Source of the DNA: Hypanus sabinus
Taxonomy: Eukaryota
Assembly: GCF_030144855.1 (NCBI RefSeq)
Contig: NW_026780455.1
Coordinates: 186,001-250,000, forward strand
DNA length: 64,000 nucleotides
Direction of reading: 5' to 3'
Shown: piece by piece, positions 63,385 through 64,000 of the stretch
How the letters are laid out: every line of letters begins with the position of its first letter
How positions within the stretch are numbered: the first letter of the stretch is position 1
Program-made: the position numbers and the translations under genes
The notes under the pieces: model-generated
What the model was told of the DNA's origin: nothing
Seen by the model: only the letters and a program-made list of their open reading frames with translations
The model's database searches: none

Positions 63385-64000
63385 TGTTGTGATAGTCCAG
63401 GTTCCCGTTCCCGATCCAGCCTCTGTCCTCTCTCTACCTGGAGCCCGCTGGTCTCTGATCGCGTACACTGGCGGCTTCACTGAAACTGCCGTTGTGAGCG
63501 AGACATATTAATAGAACAGGTAACCAGCAGCCACACCTCCGCAGTGATGTCGACAATCCCCGCGGATACATCTTTAATTCGGTTCCACGGAATGACAGGT
63601 GCAATTAATCCTTTATTTCCAGACTGTCAGAGAAGAGATACAAAAGCAGATTGGAAATGCATCCTATTATCCCAGAAGCCGGCTGTCCACGGATGCGTGC
63701 TGTGTCTGTAAACGGACACAGAATTGAGAAAAGTATTGGCACACAGCTAGAAACTGATATACAACCAGTCTGGAAATGAAGATATACAAAGCAAATTTAA
63801 AAAGTAATGATGAGATAAGCAGATTAAAACAATTATTGCATAGATAGTTCAGAAAAATAATATTTGCAGAGTTAGATTGAAAATTATATCGAGTTGGATA
63901 ATTCCAAAATAATCCAATTCTGGCTGGCTGCCGGTTAACAGTGGAGTTCCACTGGGGGCAGAGTTGGGGCAGCCGCCTGTTTAAGATGTCTGCAAAAATT

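Larger units (their letters stand above)
56740..64000 (-). repeat. Right arm of inverted segmental duplication (contains receptor B); continues past the window end
   Basis: Reverse complement of 41768-47540 with scattered substitutions and arm-specific insertions (about 57627-58875 and 61605-61860). Confidence 0.9.

Noticed and set aside
41768-64000. Inverted duplication as a pure assembly artefact
   Set aside because: Arms differ by many substitutions (about 11% of exon-2 amino acids) and by arm-specific insertions, which is too much for a duplicated contig; only the orientation across the gap remains unverified.
1-64000. TCR J, D or constant-region exons; trypsinogen genes expected near TRB
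   Set aside because: No FGxG motif with a 12-RSS and donor, no C1-set exon and no serine-protease motifs were recognised by eye, so the beta assignment stays an inference.

Overview
Vertebrate genomic DNA, most likely a cartilaginous fish (shark/ray). This is inferred from the CR1-LINE-dominated repeat landscape, tRNA-derived V-SINE-like and Penelope-like remnants, and GPR139-like receptor genes. The window has four N-gaps. Left half (1-31 kb): an array of T-cell-receptor variable gene segments, most likely TCR-beta (one perfect AGTGACGTCA promoter decamer, CAWS/CAAS/CAS ends, 23-bp-spacer RSSs). Each segment has a split leader/V-exon structure, and they lie in mixed orientations. Two look functional (9.7-10.2 kb minus; 11.5-12.4 kb plus). 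Three carry a single in-frame stop but keep an intact leader and RSS, one is truncated, one is a degenerate relic, and one is an orphan promoter+leader+intron with no V exon. No D, J or C segment was found. Right half (39-64 kb): a small cluster of two-exon class A GPCR genes of the GPR139/GPR142-like type. It has two near-complete paralogues in a tail-to-tail inverted segmental duplication, plus an extra orphan first exon. The paralogues differ mostly in extracellular segments. The most interesting items are an IgH-like V segment with a shortened, two-cysteine CDR2 region, and the diversifying GPCR cluster directly beside the TCR V array. All coordinates and alignments were done by eye; repeat boundaries are approximate.
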